Below are positions 37,194 through 47,286 of a DNA stretch of 64,000 nt, piece after piece (the first letter of the stretch is position 1; each line of letters opens with the position of its first letter). The DNA comes from an uncultured Gammaproteobacteria bacterium (GTDB lineage Bacteria; Pseudomonadota; Gammaproteobacteria; HyVt-429): positions 12,997 to 76,996 of the forward strand of contig CAMYOD010000039.1 of NCBI GenBank assembly GCA_947259975.1, given 5' to 3'. Below the pieces are notes generated by a model. That model saw nothing but the letters and a program-made list of their open reading frames with translations. It ran no database searches and had not been told where the DNA came from. The translations under genes were made by a program, and so were the position numbers.

Positions 37194-38807
37194 TCAGCGG
37201 GCCGGCGCCGCCTGCAGGGTGTCCACCGACAGATCTGTTACGGTTGTGATGGGAAGCTCAAAATAAAACGTGCTGCCTTGCGGCGAAGTCGTGAAGTCAA
37301 TATGCCCCTTGAGCCTATCAACCAATGCCTTGGCGATGCTGAGCCCGAGACCGGTGCCGCCGTTGCTGCGGGTGTTGGACTCATCCGCCTGGGTGAATCT
37401 CTCGAACAGTTGGCCGCGAAACGCCTCCGGCACACCCGGCCCCCGGTCGGTGACCGCGATCCGCACCGTATCGCCGCGTTGGGTCATATCGAGTCGGACG
37501 GGTTCACCTTTGCTGGATACCTTGATCGCGTTGCTGAGCAGATTGGTGACGATCTGTAGAAAGCGATCGGCATCGACCATGGCATGAACGCCCGCTGCCT
37601 TTTGTCCGAGCTCGATCTCGACGCCGAATTCGTCGGCAAAGCCCTGATTGGCTTCGACGGCTTGTTCGATGAGTGACTGCAAATCATGTTCCGCGAGGCT
37701 CAGTTCCAGTTTACCGGACTTGATCTTGTCCACGTCCAGGATGTCGTTCACCAGGCGGACCAGCCGCTCGCTGTTGCGTGCGGCAATATCGACGAGTTGC
37801 CGGGCCTGGTCCGGCAGCGCGCCGGCCTGGCCGCCGGCGATCAGGCCAAGGGAGCCGCGAATGGAGGTGAGCGGTGTGCGCAGTTCGTGACTGACGGTGG
37901 AGACAAATTCATTCTTCAGATGTTCCAGTCGCTTGCGCTCCGTAATATCCTGCATGACGGCGATGAAAACGGGTTGTTCCCGAAATGACGTCTCGCTGAG
38001 CGCGAGGTACATCGGAAATTCGTTGCCGTTGGCACGTAGCCCGGGTATGTCGCCGCCGCGCCCGTTCTTTGTCGATGCGAGTGTTTGTATCCAATCGGCG
38101 AAGCCTGCCATGCATTTTTCCTGCAATGGATCGGCGAAAAGCGTAGCGACGGATTTGCCTGCGAGCTGTGCGCCGGTATAGCCGAACAGTCGTTCGACAC
38201 TCGGATTGGCAGACAGAATGGTGCCGTCCCGGCTCAGCGTCACGACCCCCTCGGGAATGTTGTCGAGGATCGCACGCAAACGCAGCTCGTGATCGCGCAC
38301 CGTCGCCAGCGCACTGCTCAGCCGCATGGACTGCAGTTCGTCCTGCACGAGGTCGGCGAGGTCGCGCAACGCCTGAAGTTCGTCGTCGGAAAATTCGCGT
38401 GGCCTGTTGTCGATCACACACAGGGTGCCGACACGATGGCCGTCGGTCACGGCGAGCGGCGCGCCCGCGTACAGGCGAATGTCCGGCGCGGTCGTGACCA
38501 GCGGGTTGTCCGCAAAACGCGGATCGAGGCTTGCGTCGGGAACGTAAAAGACCGCCTGATCGAGTATTGCATGCCCACAAAACGAAATATTGCGCGGGGT
38601 CTCCGTGGCGTCGAGGCCCGCGCGAGACTTGAACCACTGGCGATCCGCGTCGACCAGGCTGACCAGCGCAATGGGTACATCGAACAGGCGTTGCGCGATG
38701 CGCGTGATGCGATCGAAGCGGGCCTCCGGCGGTGTGTCCAGGATGTCGAGTGTGCGCAAGGCGGTGAGCCGCTGCGCTTCATCGGCTGGTATGCAGGGTT
38801 CGATCAC
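37194..38807 (-). CDS. GAF-PAS sensor histidine kinase
   Basis: GTG start with AGGAAAA upstream. GAF domain MIEPCIPADEAQRLTALRTLDILDTPPEARFDRITRIA…, then PAS (…NIPEGVVTLSRDGTILSANP…), HisKA H-box FVSTVSHELRTPLTSI and HATPase_c (…GGTGLGLSIAK…). No adjacent response regulator. Confidence 0.88.
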   Translation of the reverse strand: MIEPCIPADEAQRLTALRTLDILDTPPEARFDRITRIAQRLFDVPIALVSLVDADRQWFKSRAGLDATETPRNISFCGHAILDQAVFYVPDASLDPRFADNPLVTTAPDIRLYAGAPLAVTDGHRVGTLCVIDNRPREFSDDELQALRDLADLVQDELQSMRLSSALATVRDHELRLRAILDNIPEGVVTLSRDGTILSANPSVERLFGYTGAQLAGKSVATLFADPLQEKCMAGFADWIQTLASTKNGRGGDIPGLRANGNEFPMYLALSETSFREQPVFIAVMQDITERKRLEHLKNEFVSTVSHELRTPLTSIRGSLGLIAGGQAGALPDQARQLVDIAARNSERLVRLVNDILDVDKIKSGKLELSLAEHDLQSLIEQAVEANQGFADEFGVEIELGQKAAGVHAMVDADRFLQIVTNLLSNAIKVSSKGEPVRLDMTQRGDTVRIAVTDRGPGVPEAFRGQLFERFTQADESNTRSNGGTGLGLSIAKALVDRLKGHIDFTTSPQGSTFYFELPITTVTDLSVDTLQAAPAR

Positions 38808-39103
38808 GTGGTTTTCCTATTTCGCGGTTCGTTTTCATTGCTGCTAAGTATAGACAGTATCGGCCTGGCTGGGCGCGACTAAAGCCCTTTAAATAGCGAG
38901 GGTTACAGACCTTCAAGTCGATCCCGCTTGCAGCGTTCGAGTAGCGTCGGCACGAAGGCCAGAATCAGCCCCCTCGTTGCGGTAAACGCCGCCCGCCAGC
39001 GGCGTTCATACAGCGTGTCCATGAGTACGCCTGCAATAGCCAACTGTACTGCAGCCGATCAGCTCTGGGCATTTTCGTTTTGCACATTCCGGCCCAGCTC
39101 ATC

Positions 39104-41866
39104 TCAGCGTTCCCTCGAGTACAGGATGTCAACCGCGCTGGTGGCGCCGGTGCCGGCCTCAACCGACCAGTGTTTGGCGATCGTGTAGTTGACATTGAGG
39201 CGGTTGAGCCGATCCCACAGGCCCACCGCGTAGCGAACGTAGAGACGTGGTGACAATGCGCGCTCGATCGCGACCGACACGTCCTCGGGGGTATCGCCGG
39301 TATCGAGGCGAACGCCGAGCAGGTCAAATTGACTCGCGATACGTTGTGCGAGCAGGCTGCCCTTGGCGAATCCCAGAGACGTGGCGGCGGAATAGAGTGT
39401 GGCGGCATCGCTGGCGCTGGCACTGCCCATGGGTCGGCCGAGGACCAGGTACGACAGAGTGTTGCTGTCCTCGAGCGAGGGATCCGAAAACAGGCTTAGC
39501 TCGGGTGCGGCGAGCGTGCCGCGTGCGAGGACACCGACACGCTGGTCGCCGATCTTGCGGCTGGCCTCAAAATCGATTCCCGGATTGTTGATCGGCCCGC
39601 CGGTGTAAAAGAGCTGGCCGCGATCCACGGTGAGCTTTTGCCCGTACGCCTCGTATTTGGCGTCGACCGTCTGCAAACGGCCTTGCGCAGTGGCGGCGTC
39701 GAGACTGTCCTGGGCGATGTCCAGTACGCCGCTCACCCGCCCGTCGAAACCGAACCCGCCTACCCTGACCTCGTCACCGAGCTTGACAGCAATCCGTGTG
39801 CGGGTTTGCCAACCAGCCGGCGCGGTCGTGGCCGCGTCCTCGCTTACAATCGAAACGTCCGGCGACGGTTTCAGTGCCGACGAGAGGCGTCCAAGCCGAA
39901 CATCCGCCTGCGGAATCTGCAACGTTCCCGCGGTGGTCAGGGCGCGCGGTGCCAGCGTCAGCGTGAGCGCCGGCGAAACAAAAACGTGGGCCTTGGGTAT
40001 GCGGGCGGCTTCGAAGTTCTCGCCCCGCAGCGACAGCTCGCCACGATAATGTGCGCGATCCGTAATATCGACGACGCCGTTCAGTTCGATGCGGCCACCG
40101 CCCGAGGTGACATCGCCCCGCACCTGGATGCGTCCATCATCAGCTCCCTGCAGGCGCAGCGTGGTATCGGTCAGGCGCAGCCCCAAGCGCGGAATGTCCG
40201 CCGATCCTTGTTCCAGCGAAACGAGCCCGTTCAGTTGCGGTTGCCCGAGGGTACCGGCGATCCGGGCACTGCCTTCGACCATACCCGCGAGATTGGTCAC
40301 ATGCGGCAGATCGATATTCTTGTCCCTGATGTCGGCGGGCAGAAACTGCAGCCGACCCGCGATACTTTGGTCGGGCAGTAACGGGTTGCCGATCCGCCAA
40401 CCGGGCAGACGCATTTCACCGTCGAAGCTGCCCCAGTCGGTGAGCGTGAACTGCCCGCCCGCCCGCATGCCCGTCTCATTGCCGTCGATGTCTGCGTTGA
40501 CGTCAATAAATGCAAACGTTGTGGCATCGGCGCCCGCAGGCGCATACACGAGGTTCGCTTGCGGAATCGTAAACTCGCCGGTGATCCGCTCGACACGGTC
40601 ACTCCGCCATAGCGCGTCGACCGTCGCGCGCGCATCACCGCTGAGTTTCAGGTCGGGACGTTTGCTCAGGGTCGCAACATAATCCAGCGCCAGACGCGGT
40701 AGTCTGGCCTGAATGCTCACGTCGCCCGCGCGGTCCCGCGCCAGGTCGACGCAGCCTTCGGCGCGCGGTTCTCGCCAGCACCAAGCGGCTACCCGTGCGG
40801 CGCCCGCGCCCACGTGGGTGGGCGCCTTGCCCTGTTGGCGCCAGCTTCCAAAAATCGCATGCTTCACTTCGCCGCTGTGCAGATTACCGGTCCAGCCATC
40901 CTGCGCGTAACCACCGTCGGCCGTGATCGCGAACGTGACGGGTGCGCCGGTCACCGCCGCGCGTATTTGGTGCGTTTCGGTCGTGCCGGTGCCGAGCAAC
41001 GTCAGCGTCTCCAGCTGCATACCGGCACCCAGTTCCAGGCCCTCGGCGCGGGCATCGATATGCCACGGGCGCTGGTTCGCAAAATCCAGATCAAGTTCGG
41101 CCGTCGCCTGGCGTAACCGGCGTCCGGCGAAGGCCAGATTCTGGGCATCCAGGTTTATCTTGAGTGTCGGCGTATATAGCGCGCCTTGCACAATGCCGTG
41201 CGCGCGCAGTGTCCCGGCCAGGCCGGAAGCGAAGGCCGACAGCTCGGTCGCATCGACGGCCCACTGCAGGTTCCATAAATAATCAGATAGCTGCCGCGTT
41301 TGCGACCCGGGCGTACTCAGATGTCCACGTAAGGTCAGCCGTGTGCCCGGTGCACGCAGGTCCAATGCGCCCAGCGCGATGCTGGACATGTCTGCCAATA
41401 CCAAAACATTGTTGACGGTTGCCGTGTCGATGAGGATTTTTTGTGTAGCATGGATTTGTACTTCAGCATCTTCGAGCTGAATCGTGCGGAGACCGACATT
41501 CAGCGGCAAAACCGGAAGGGTGTTGCGCGCTGGCGGCGCTGTGGCCGGGGCGGAGTACACCGCGCGCAGCCCCGATAGCCGCAGGGCGTCAACCGACACG
41601 GTGCGTGCCCGCAACGCGAGTGGTGACCACCGCAGCTGCGCGCGGGCAACGCGAAGCTGAAGATTTTCATGCGTAAATTGCAGGCCCTCGAGTTCGACCG
41701 AATCGAGCAGGCGGCCGCGGGCCGCCGTGTAATCAAGCGCCACGCCGCTGACGCGCTTCGCTTGTGCCAGCGCCCAATTGAGCCCTGCCTCCGTCGCCAC
41801 GATCCAGGCCGCGAAGCCACACAGCAGCAGTACCATCAAGCCGGTTGCAAGCAGGGTGCGCTTCAT
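39104..41866 (-). CDS. tamB: Translocation and assembly module subunit TamB (AsmA-like, DUF490 C-terminus)
   Basis: 920 aa with an N-terminal signal-anchor and a C-terminus …ALSPRLYVRYAVGLWDRLNRLNVNYTIAKHWSVEAGTG… typical of TamB. Its start overlaps the tamA stop (ATGA). Confidence 0.8.
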   Translation of the reverse strand: MKRTLLATGLMVLLLCGFAAWIVATEAGLNWALAQAKRVSGVALDYTAARGRLLDSVELEGLQFTHENLQLRVARAQLRWSPLALRARTVSVDALRLSGLRAVYSAPATAPPARNTLPVLPLNVGLRTIQLEDAEVQIHATQKILIDTATVNNVLVLADMSSIALGALDLRAPGTRLTLRGHLSTPGSQTRQLSDYLWNLQWAVDATELSAFASGLAGTLRAHGIVQGALYTPTLKINLDAQNLAFAGRRLRQATAELDLDFANQRPWHIDARAEGLELGAGMQLETLTLLGTGTTETHQIRAAVTGAPVTFAITADGGYAQDGWTGNLHSGEVKHAIFGSWRQQGKAPTHVGAGAARVAAWCWREPRAEGCVDLARDRAGDVSIQARLPRLALDYVATLSKRPDLKLSGDARATVDALWRSDRVERITGEFTIPQANLVYAPAGADATTFAFIDVNADIDGNETGMRAGGQFTLTDWGSFDGEMRLPGWRIGNPLLPDQSIAGRLQFLPADIRDKNIDLPHVTNLAGMVEGSARIAGTLGQPQLNGLVSLEQGSADIPRLGLRLTDTTLRLQGADDGRIQVRGDVTSGGGRIELNGVVDITDRAHYRGELSLRGENFEAARIPKAHVFVSPALTLTLAPRALTTAGTLQIPQADVRLGRLSSALKPSPDVSIVSEDAATTAPAGWQTRTRIAVKLGDEVRVGGFGFDGRVSGVLDIAQDSLDAATAQGRLQTVDAKYEAYGQKLTVDRGQLFYTGGPINNPGIDFEASRKIGDQRVGVLARGTLAAPELSLFSDPSLEDSNTLSYLVLGRPMGSASASDAATLYSAATSLGFAKGSLLAQRIASQFDLLGVRLDTGDTPEDVSVAIERALSPRLYVRYAVGLWDRLNRLNVNYTIAKHWSVEAGTGATSAVDILYSRER

Positions 41867-43650
41867 AGGTCCGGTCCGATGGTCAGGTGCAGGCGGGCAG
41901 GATTGCCCGGCCGGTCCAACGCAAAAGCGACGTCAAGGCGCAGCGCGCCGATGGGCAGGCGCCAGCGCAGGCCGAGACCGGCCCCCGCCACGGCGTCGAT
42001 CGGCAGTTCGTTGAAGGCGTTGCCGTAATCGTAAAATGCGGCGAGCGAAAACCCCTTGTCGAGTCGATGTTCGTATTCCAGGCTCGCGATGGCGAGGTGC
42101 TTACCGCCGACGACTTCACCCGATGAATCGACCGGCCCCAGTGATTGGTAACGGTAGCCGCGCAGGCTGGTATCGCCGCCGGCGAAGAAGCGCAGCGACG
42201 GCGGCAGCAGCGAGAAATCGTCGACACTGGTGATTCCGATATCGCCGCGCAGAATCACCTTGCCGCGCTCGCTGGTTGCATGCACATACTTGCTTTGCAC
42301 CAGGACTTGGGCGAGATCGGTATCCGAGGCAATCGCCTCCAGCGCCCCCTTGAGTTCGATGGCCAGCCGCCAGCCGTTTCGGGTATTCATGCGGTCGTCG
42401 GCGCGGACGCGCTGTAGTCCGCCAATGGCCAACAGCAACTCCGACGCCTGATCTTTCGTTGCACCGATGTCGAACTGCTCGCGGCCCCAACTCAGGCCCA
42501 GGGTGCGTTGCCAGGGGCCCATCTGCTGAATCCAGCGTGCGCCGATGGATCGATTCTCGAGATTCGCCGTATCGGAATCCTCGCGCAGGTACCCGGTATT
42601 GACGGAAAAATAATCCGACGCAGGCTTTTTAAGTGGCACCCGATATTCGACCGATGCGATGGAGCGGATTTCGGACAGAAGCAGATTCGCCAGCAGGCGA
42701 TGCCCGCGTGAGTTCAAGCGCCGGTTCTCGAAGCCACCTTTGATGCGCGCGCCGGTGTCCGTGCCGTAACCGGCGCCCGCGGTGTAGCGGTAGCGCTTGC
42801 GTGTCTCCAGACGCACAAGCACCGGAATGGTTTTTTGTTCCCGGTTTGCATCGCCGACGCGCACCTCCGTCGCGGCGAAATAGGCGCTGCTCGCATAACT
42901 GCGATACAGCTCCATAAGCCGGTTGTTATCGTACGGGTCACCCGTCTTGAACGGCAGGAAGCGTTGCAGGAACTCGGGCGCAAAACCGGTTTGCGCGAAT
43001 TCGATCTTACCGAAGCGATAGCGTGGGCCGGTGTCGAAAATCAGTGCGATATCTGCGGCATCCTGATTCGGAAAGACGCGAATCGTGCGACGCGTGAAGT
43101 GTCCTTCCCGGTAGCCGCGCGCATTCGCGATGCGTAGTAACTCCGTTTTCGCCTGTTCGTACACATCGTGCCTGAGTGTATCGCCTGCTCGCAGCGGCAA
43201 GCGTTGGCGCCAGTCGTTCAGTGCCGCATCATCCATTGCGCCCTCGATGCGCACATCGAGCTCGCGGATGATCACCGGCACGCCGAGCTCTATGCGGTAA
43301 GTTGCAATCCACTTGCTCTCGGCAAAGGCGAGATCGCTGTCGACGCTGGGCCGATAATAGCCGAAGGGCTGAAGTGCCTGGATAATCTCGGTGCCGGCGC
43401 GTTTGTGCAGGCGGTCGACGATGGGGTCGTTCAGAAAGCGCGACGCCTTCTGCTCCTCGATGGACAAGGCGGCGCGCAGACTTTGCTCGATCTCGTCGGG
43501 CACGCCGACAAACGTGGTTTCGATCCGGGCGCTCGGGGCAGCGGCGCCGGCCACGTGCGTATCGGCCAGGGCGGAGGCCAACAGGCTGAATATAAACGCG
43601 TACCCCGCGATCAATGTGAGACCTGAGAATATCCGCGCGACCATCTCCAA
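41863..43650 (-). CDS. tamA: Translocation and assembly module subunit TamA (Omp85 family, POTRA + 16-strand barrel)
   Basis: 595 aa with a signal peptide, POTRA repeats and an Omp85 C-terminal barrel (…GLGLRWRLPIGALRLDVAFALDRPGNPARLHLTIGPDL). Confidence 0.85.
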   Translation of the reverse strand: MEMVARIFSGLTLIAGYAFIFSLLASALADTHVAGAAAPSARIETTFVGVPDEIEQSLRAALSIEEQKASRFLNDPIVDRLHKRAGTEIIQALQPFGYYRPSVDSDLAFAESKWIATYRIELGVPVIIRELDVRIEGAMDDAALNDWRQRLPLRAGDTLRHDVYEQAKTELLRIANARGYREGHFTRRTIRVFPNQDAADIALIFDTGPRYRFGKIEFAQTGFAPEFLQRFLPFKTGDPYDNNRLMELYRSYASSAYFAATEVRVGDANREQKTIPVLVRLETRKRYRYTAGAGYGTDTGARIKGGFENRRLNSRGHRLLANLLLSEIRSIASVEYRVPLKKPASDYFSVNTGYLREDSDTANLENRSIGARWIQQMGPWQRTLGLSWGREQFDIGATKDQASELLLAIGGLQRVRADDRMNTRNGWRLAIELKGALEAIASDTDLAQVLVQSKYVHATSERGKVILRGDIGITSVDDFSLLPPSLRFFAGGDTSLRGYRYQSLGPVDSSGEVVGGKHLAIASLEYEHRLDKGFSLAAFYDYGNAFNELPIDAVAGAGLGLRWRLPIGALRLDVAFALDRPGNPARLHLTIGPDL

Positions 43651-43695
43651 ACCTCGTAAACAGTCCTGGCGGCTGGCCCGTTGACCCAGGGTGCC

Positions 43696-44126
43696 TCAAG
43701 TAGAGTCTTTTTCGGACGCAACGGTTTCAAGCACGCGTCGTTCACGCGTGAACATGAGGATCGAAGCGATGCGAAGCCCGCCCAGTACGAGTATCAATGC
43801 ACTTAGGGCGAGCACGTCCAGGGGTTCCAATGAATGCTTGAACAGCCCGATCATGCATCGACGATGAAGGTCAGTCGCAGACGTTCTTCACTGAAATAAC
43901 TCACCAGGGAGCGGGACAGCTCCACCAGAATAAAAAGGGTTAGCACGTCGGTGATGATGCCGAGATAGCGGCCGGTGATCCCCGGTGCCGATACCAGTTC
44001 CTTCAGGTTGACGAAAAGCTGCGCCGCCCCGACCAGCAACCCGAAAATAAGGAACAGTAAAATAAACGCAAACAGCAGCTTGACTGTCTTGTCGAACCAG
44101 GCGACAGGATCGAATTTAATCCACAT
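43696..44126 (-). pseudogene. psiE: PsiE-family membrane protein split by a frameshift into 91-aa and 52-aa ORFs
   Basis: ORF 43851-44126 (…FILVELSRSLVSYFSEERLRLTFIVDA*) parallels the E. coli PsiE N-terminal region (…[38 protein letters not shown]…). It is followed, with an ATGA overlap, by MIGLFKHSLEPLDVLALSALILVLGGL… (43696-43854, not in the ORF track because it is under 60 aa), which parallels PsiE [23 protein letters not shown]. Combined length of about 143 aa is close to PsiE at 136 aa. Confidence 0.5.
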
Positions 44127-44191
44127 ACGTGCTACCTCACGTTTATCCGGTTTCGTTGGATGGCGATCGGTGTCCCTGCGCTGCGCGCGGC

Positions 44192-45199
44192 TTAAACCGA
44201 TCGATCAAGGTAAATCACCGCGGCCAGTGCCCCCAGCAGCAACACCCAGATCGCGGCGGCAGTGCGGGTTGCGGTGCGGGCCCTTTCGGCTTCCCACCAG
44301 CTGCGCGGCCGCACGCCGTAGGCGACGAACATGGCAACCCCCGCCAGGTTGACGCACACGACATTCGCGGTCACCAGCAACAGGGCCCCTAAAGCCGGCT
44401 GTAGCATGCCGGTCCCCAGCAGCATACCGAAAGTAACAAGCGGCGGCATGAGCGCGACCGCGACCATCACTCCAATCAGCGCCGCCGGTGCGGCCGTCAA
44501 CAGCGCGAGGGTGGCGGCCGCACCGGAGGCGAGCGCCACCACCAGGTCGGTGACGCCGATGTGGGTGCGCCCAGCGATGGCCGGTACTGCCGGGTCGATG
44601 TCGAAGATCAGCCCTACGCCGACGGTGATCAATATGGTGATAGTGACGCCCACGGCATTGGTTTTCAGGGCGCGCCACGCCAGTGGCGCATCCGCCAGGG
44701 TGGTGGCGAGCGCGAGCGCGACATTGGGCCGCAGCAGCGGCGCGATGACCATGGCGCCGATGATGATCGCCACCTCGTCGCGCATCAGGCCGACGGCCGC
44801 CACCAGGGCCGACAGCACCGTCATGATGATGAACACTCGCGAGGGCTGGACGCCCTCGCTGACATCGGCGTACAGCTCCTCGCGGCTGACGCCGGCGGTC
44901 TTGGCGGGGCCGGTAGGGGCCGCGAGTTGGGCGGGTTGCGGTACTTCCGCGGGGCGCGGCAGCACTGCTTCCGGCGCCAAGAGCAAGACACTGACGTTTG
45001 CCGACGCGTCCAGCTCATGCTCGATGCGGTCCATGATCGGTCCCGCCTCGTCGACGGGTACCAGTATGCTGAGGCTGCAACGCTCCCCCGGGACCGTGTC
45101 CTCGGTCATGCCCAGAATGTTGCGGTCGGCGAGGATGCGCAGCAGGCTTTCGCGGTAGTCCTTGCGCAGCGAAATCTGCATTAGGCGTTGTGCGACCAT
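44192..45199 (-). CDS. DUF389 (TIGR00341) family membrane protein
   Basis: A cytoplasmic N-domain is followed by a Gly/Ala-rich multi-TM region (…IIGAMVIAPLLRPNVALALA…) characteristic of DUF389. Confidence 0.7.
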   Translation of the reverse strand: MVAQRLMQISLRKDYRESLLRILADRNILGMTEDTVPGERCSLSILVPVDEAGPIMDRIEHELDASANVSVLLLAPEAVLPRPAEVPQPAQLAAPTGPAKTAGVSREELYADVSEGVQPSRVFIIMTVLSALVAAVGLMRDEVAIIIGAMVIAPLLRPNVALALATTLADAPLAWRALKTNAVGVTITILITVGVGLIFDIDPAVPAIAGRTHIGVTDLVVALASGAAATLALLTAAPAALIGVMVAVALMPPLVTFGMLLGTGMLQPALGALLLVTANVVCVNLAGVAMFVAYGVRPRSWWEAERARTATRTAAAIWVLLLGALAAVIYLDRSV

Positions 45200-45284
45200 A
45201 CCTTAGTTCCTACCGATTGGCGTCAGCGCGAGTGCCGCGCTCCCGCCGGCTTTATTATTGGTTGTACGCTGGGCACGCAGGCCG

Positions 45285-46169
45285 TTATGGCCTTTCACCG
45301 GACTGAAGCTCTACCTCCAGCGGCCGCCGGCCGCCAATGTCGATGTTACTGACGCATTCGGCGCTGACGGTAAAGCCATTGTCGAGCAATGCCCGCCGGC
45401 AACCATCCATCACGTCGGTGCGGATGCGTCCGATGCTGGTGTCGGGATCAAAGGTGTTAACCCAGAAAAAAACCGAGAGTTCGACGTATTGCGGCGTGAA
45501 TGCCGTCACCGCGACGCCGGGCGCGGGGTCTTCGATGACGCCGACTACGTTCGTAACGACGTCGAGAAGTTTGCTGCAGGCGCTCCCGGCATCATCGCGA
45601 TAGTCGATGCCGACGGCTACCGTAAAACGCCGCAGACCGTCGCGGGTGTAGTTGACCAGCGGCCTGTTGAAAATCTGCGAGCTGGGGATGAAGATATCGC
45701 GGCCGTCGTCACTGCGGATATGGGTGTAGCGCATCTCCATCGCGACCACGGTACCGACGAATTCTCCCGATGCGATGACATCGCCCACCTTGAACGGGCG
45801 ACTGAAGGCGAGAAAGAATCCCGCCAGCAGGTTTTCGCCGATCTCGCGGAAGGCGAAGCCCAACGCAACCGCGGCGATACCGCCACCGGCCAGCAGCGAA
45901 GTTGCCAGGCGCTGCAAGCCGAGAATGTTCAGCGCAACCAGGCCGCCGATAATACCGAAGGTCCACGCAATCAAATTACGAAAGAAGCCGGTGTGCAATG
46001 CGGTGGCGGCCTTGTCCGAAAGTACCTTTACAAAATTTCGGCTGAGAAATCGGCCGAACAGGAGGAATATGGTGAAGACGATGAGTGCCAGCACGATGCG
46101 CGGCGAGACCCGGACCAGGGCGTGCCATTCGTTCTGCAGGGACTCGAACAGGATATTCAGGCTATCCAT
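45285..46169 (-). CDS. Mechanosensitive ion channel family protein (MscS-like)
   Basis: …IAVALGFAFREIGENLLAGFFLAFSRPFKVGDVIASGEFVGTVVAMEMRYTHIRSDDGRDIFIPSSQIF…, showing the conserved MscS pore helix and beta domain. Confidence 0.85.
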   Translation of the reverse strand: MDSLNILFESLQNEWHALVRVSPRIVLALIVFTIFLLFGRFLSRNFVKVLSDKAATALHTGFFRNLIAWTFGIIGGLVALNILGLQRLATSLLAGGGIAAVALGFAFREIGENLLAGFFLAFSRPFKVGDVIASGEFVGTVVAMEMRYTHIRSDDGRDIFIPSSQIFNRPLVNYTRDGLRRFTVAVGIDYRDDAGSACSKLLDVVTNVVGVIEDPAPGVAVTAFTPQYVELSVFFWVNTFDPDTSIGRIRTDVMDGCRRALLDNGFTVSAECVSNIDIGGRRPLEVELQSGERP

Positions 46170-46236
46170 AGTGGCTGTAATCTTTGAGCTGGCATTTCTT
46201 GTTTATGTTACTCCGATTTTCAACCGCGTCGGGCGT

Positions 46237-47214
46237 TCAGAACCAGTGTTTGATCTTGAATATCCACATCTGAATAGCAAGGATGACCACGAGCATGCCG
46301 GAAAAAATGAAAAAGGCCCATTTGTAGTCCGCGCCGGGGATGCCGCCGACATTGATGCCAAGCAACCCGGTGAGGAAGCTCAAGGGCAGAAAAATTGCCG
46401 CCACGATTGACAGCACATACATGCGCCGGTTCATCTGTTCGGACAAGCGATTCATCAACTCCTCCTGGGTCACCGAGGCCCGCTCGCGGGCGGCATCCAG
46501 ATCCTCGATATAGCGCATGGTGCGATCGGCGATCTCGCGCAGGTGCATGCGGTCCATCTCGTCCAGCCAGGGCACGCGCTCGGTGTACAGCCGCGCCATG
46601 GCATCCCGCTGCGGCGCCAGATAGCGGCGCAGGTTGATAGTGATGCGCCGCAGGTCGGCGATCTCCGTGCGTAACCCGTAACTCTGGCTGGCCAGCACCC
46701 GCTCTTCGAGTTCGTCAACCGCCGAATCGATATCGCCGATCACGTCTGCCATGCGCTCGGCCAGACGTTCCGCCAGTTCCACCACAAGTTCGCCGGTGGT
46801 ACCGGGTCCGCGGCCATCGCGCAAGGCCTTGCGCATGTCGTCCACCGACAACAAACGGCGTTTACGGGTGCTGATGATGCGCCGGCCGTCGATCCACAGA
46901 CGCACGGCGACCATGTCTTCCGGATCGGCGCCCGGGTTCAGGTTGACGCCGCGCAAAGTGAGCAACATCCCGTCCTTGAGTAGCAGACTGCGCGGCCGGG
47001 TCTCTTCGGCAAGCAAGGCCTCGGCGATGACCTCATCGAGACCGCTTTCCTCGCGCACCCACCGTTGGCTCGCGGGTGCGGTGTAATCGAGATGCACCCA
47101 CAGGAGTTGATGGTCGGGCTGCCACGCGCGGATGCCGTCCCAGCCGATGTCATGGCCGCCGCCGGCACCGTCGAGCAGCATGGCACCAATGAGTCCGTCA
47201 TTTTCTGCATTCAT
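46237..47214 (-). CDS. CorA/ZntB family divalent-cation transporter (GINV variant of the GMN motif, ZntB-like)
   Basis: 325 aa with a C-terminus …YVLSIVAAIFLPLSFLTGLLGINVGGIP… (two C-terminal TM helices, GxN loop). Confidence 0.85.
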   Translation of the reverse strand: MNAENDGLIGAMLLDGAGGGHDIGWDGIRAWQPDHQLLWVHLDYTAPASQRWVREESGLDEVIAEALLAEETRPRSLLLKDGMLLTLRGVNLNPGADPEDMVAVRLWIDGRRIISTRKRRLLSVDDMRKALRDGRGPGTTGELVVELAERLAERMADVIGDIDSAVDELEERVLASQSYGLRTEIADLRRITINLRRYLAPQRDAMARLYTERVPWLDEMDRMHLREIADRTMRYIEDLDAARERASVTQEELMNRLSEQMNRRMYVLSIVAAIFLPLSFLTGLLGINVGGIPGADYKWAFFIFSGMLVVILAIQMWIFKIKHWF

Positions 47215-47286
47215 GTCAGGATCTCGAATCGAGACACTATCGCTTCGCGCGAAGTTTTCCGGTTTGCGTCATCATGGCTGCGTCGG

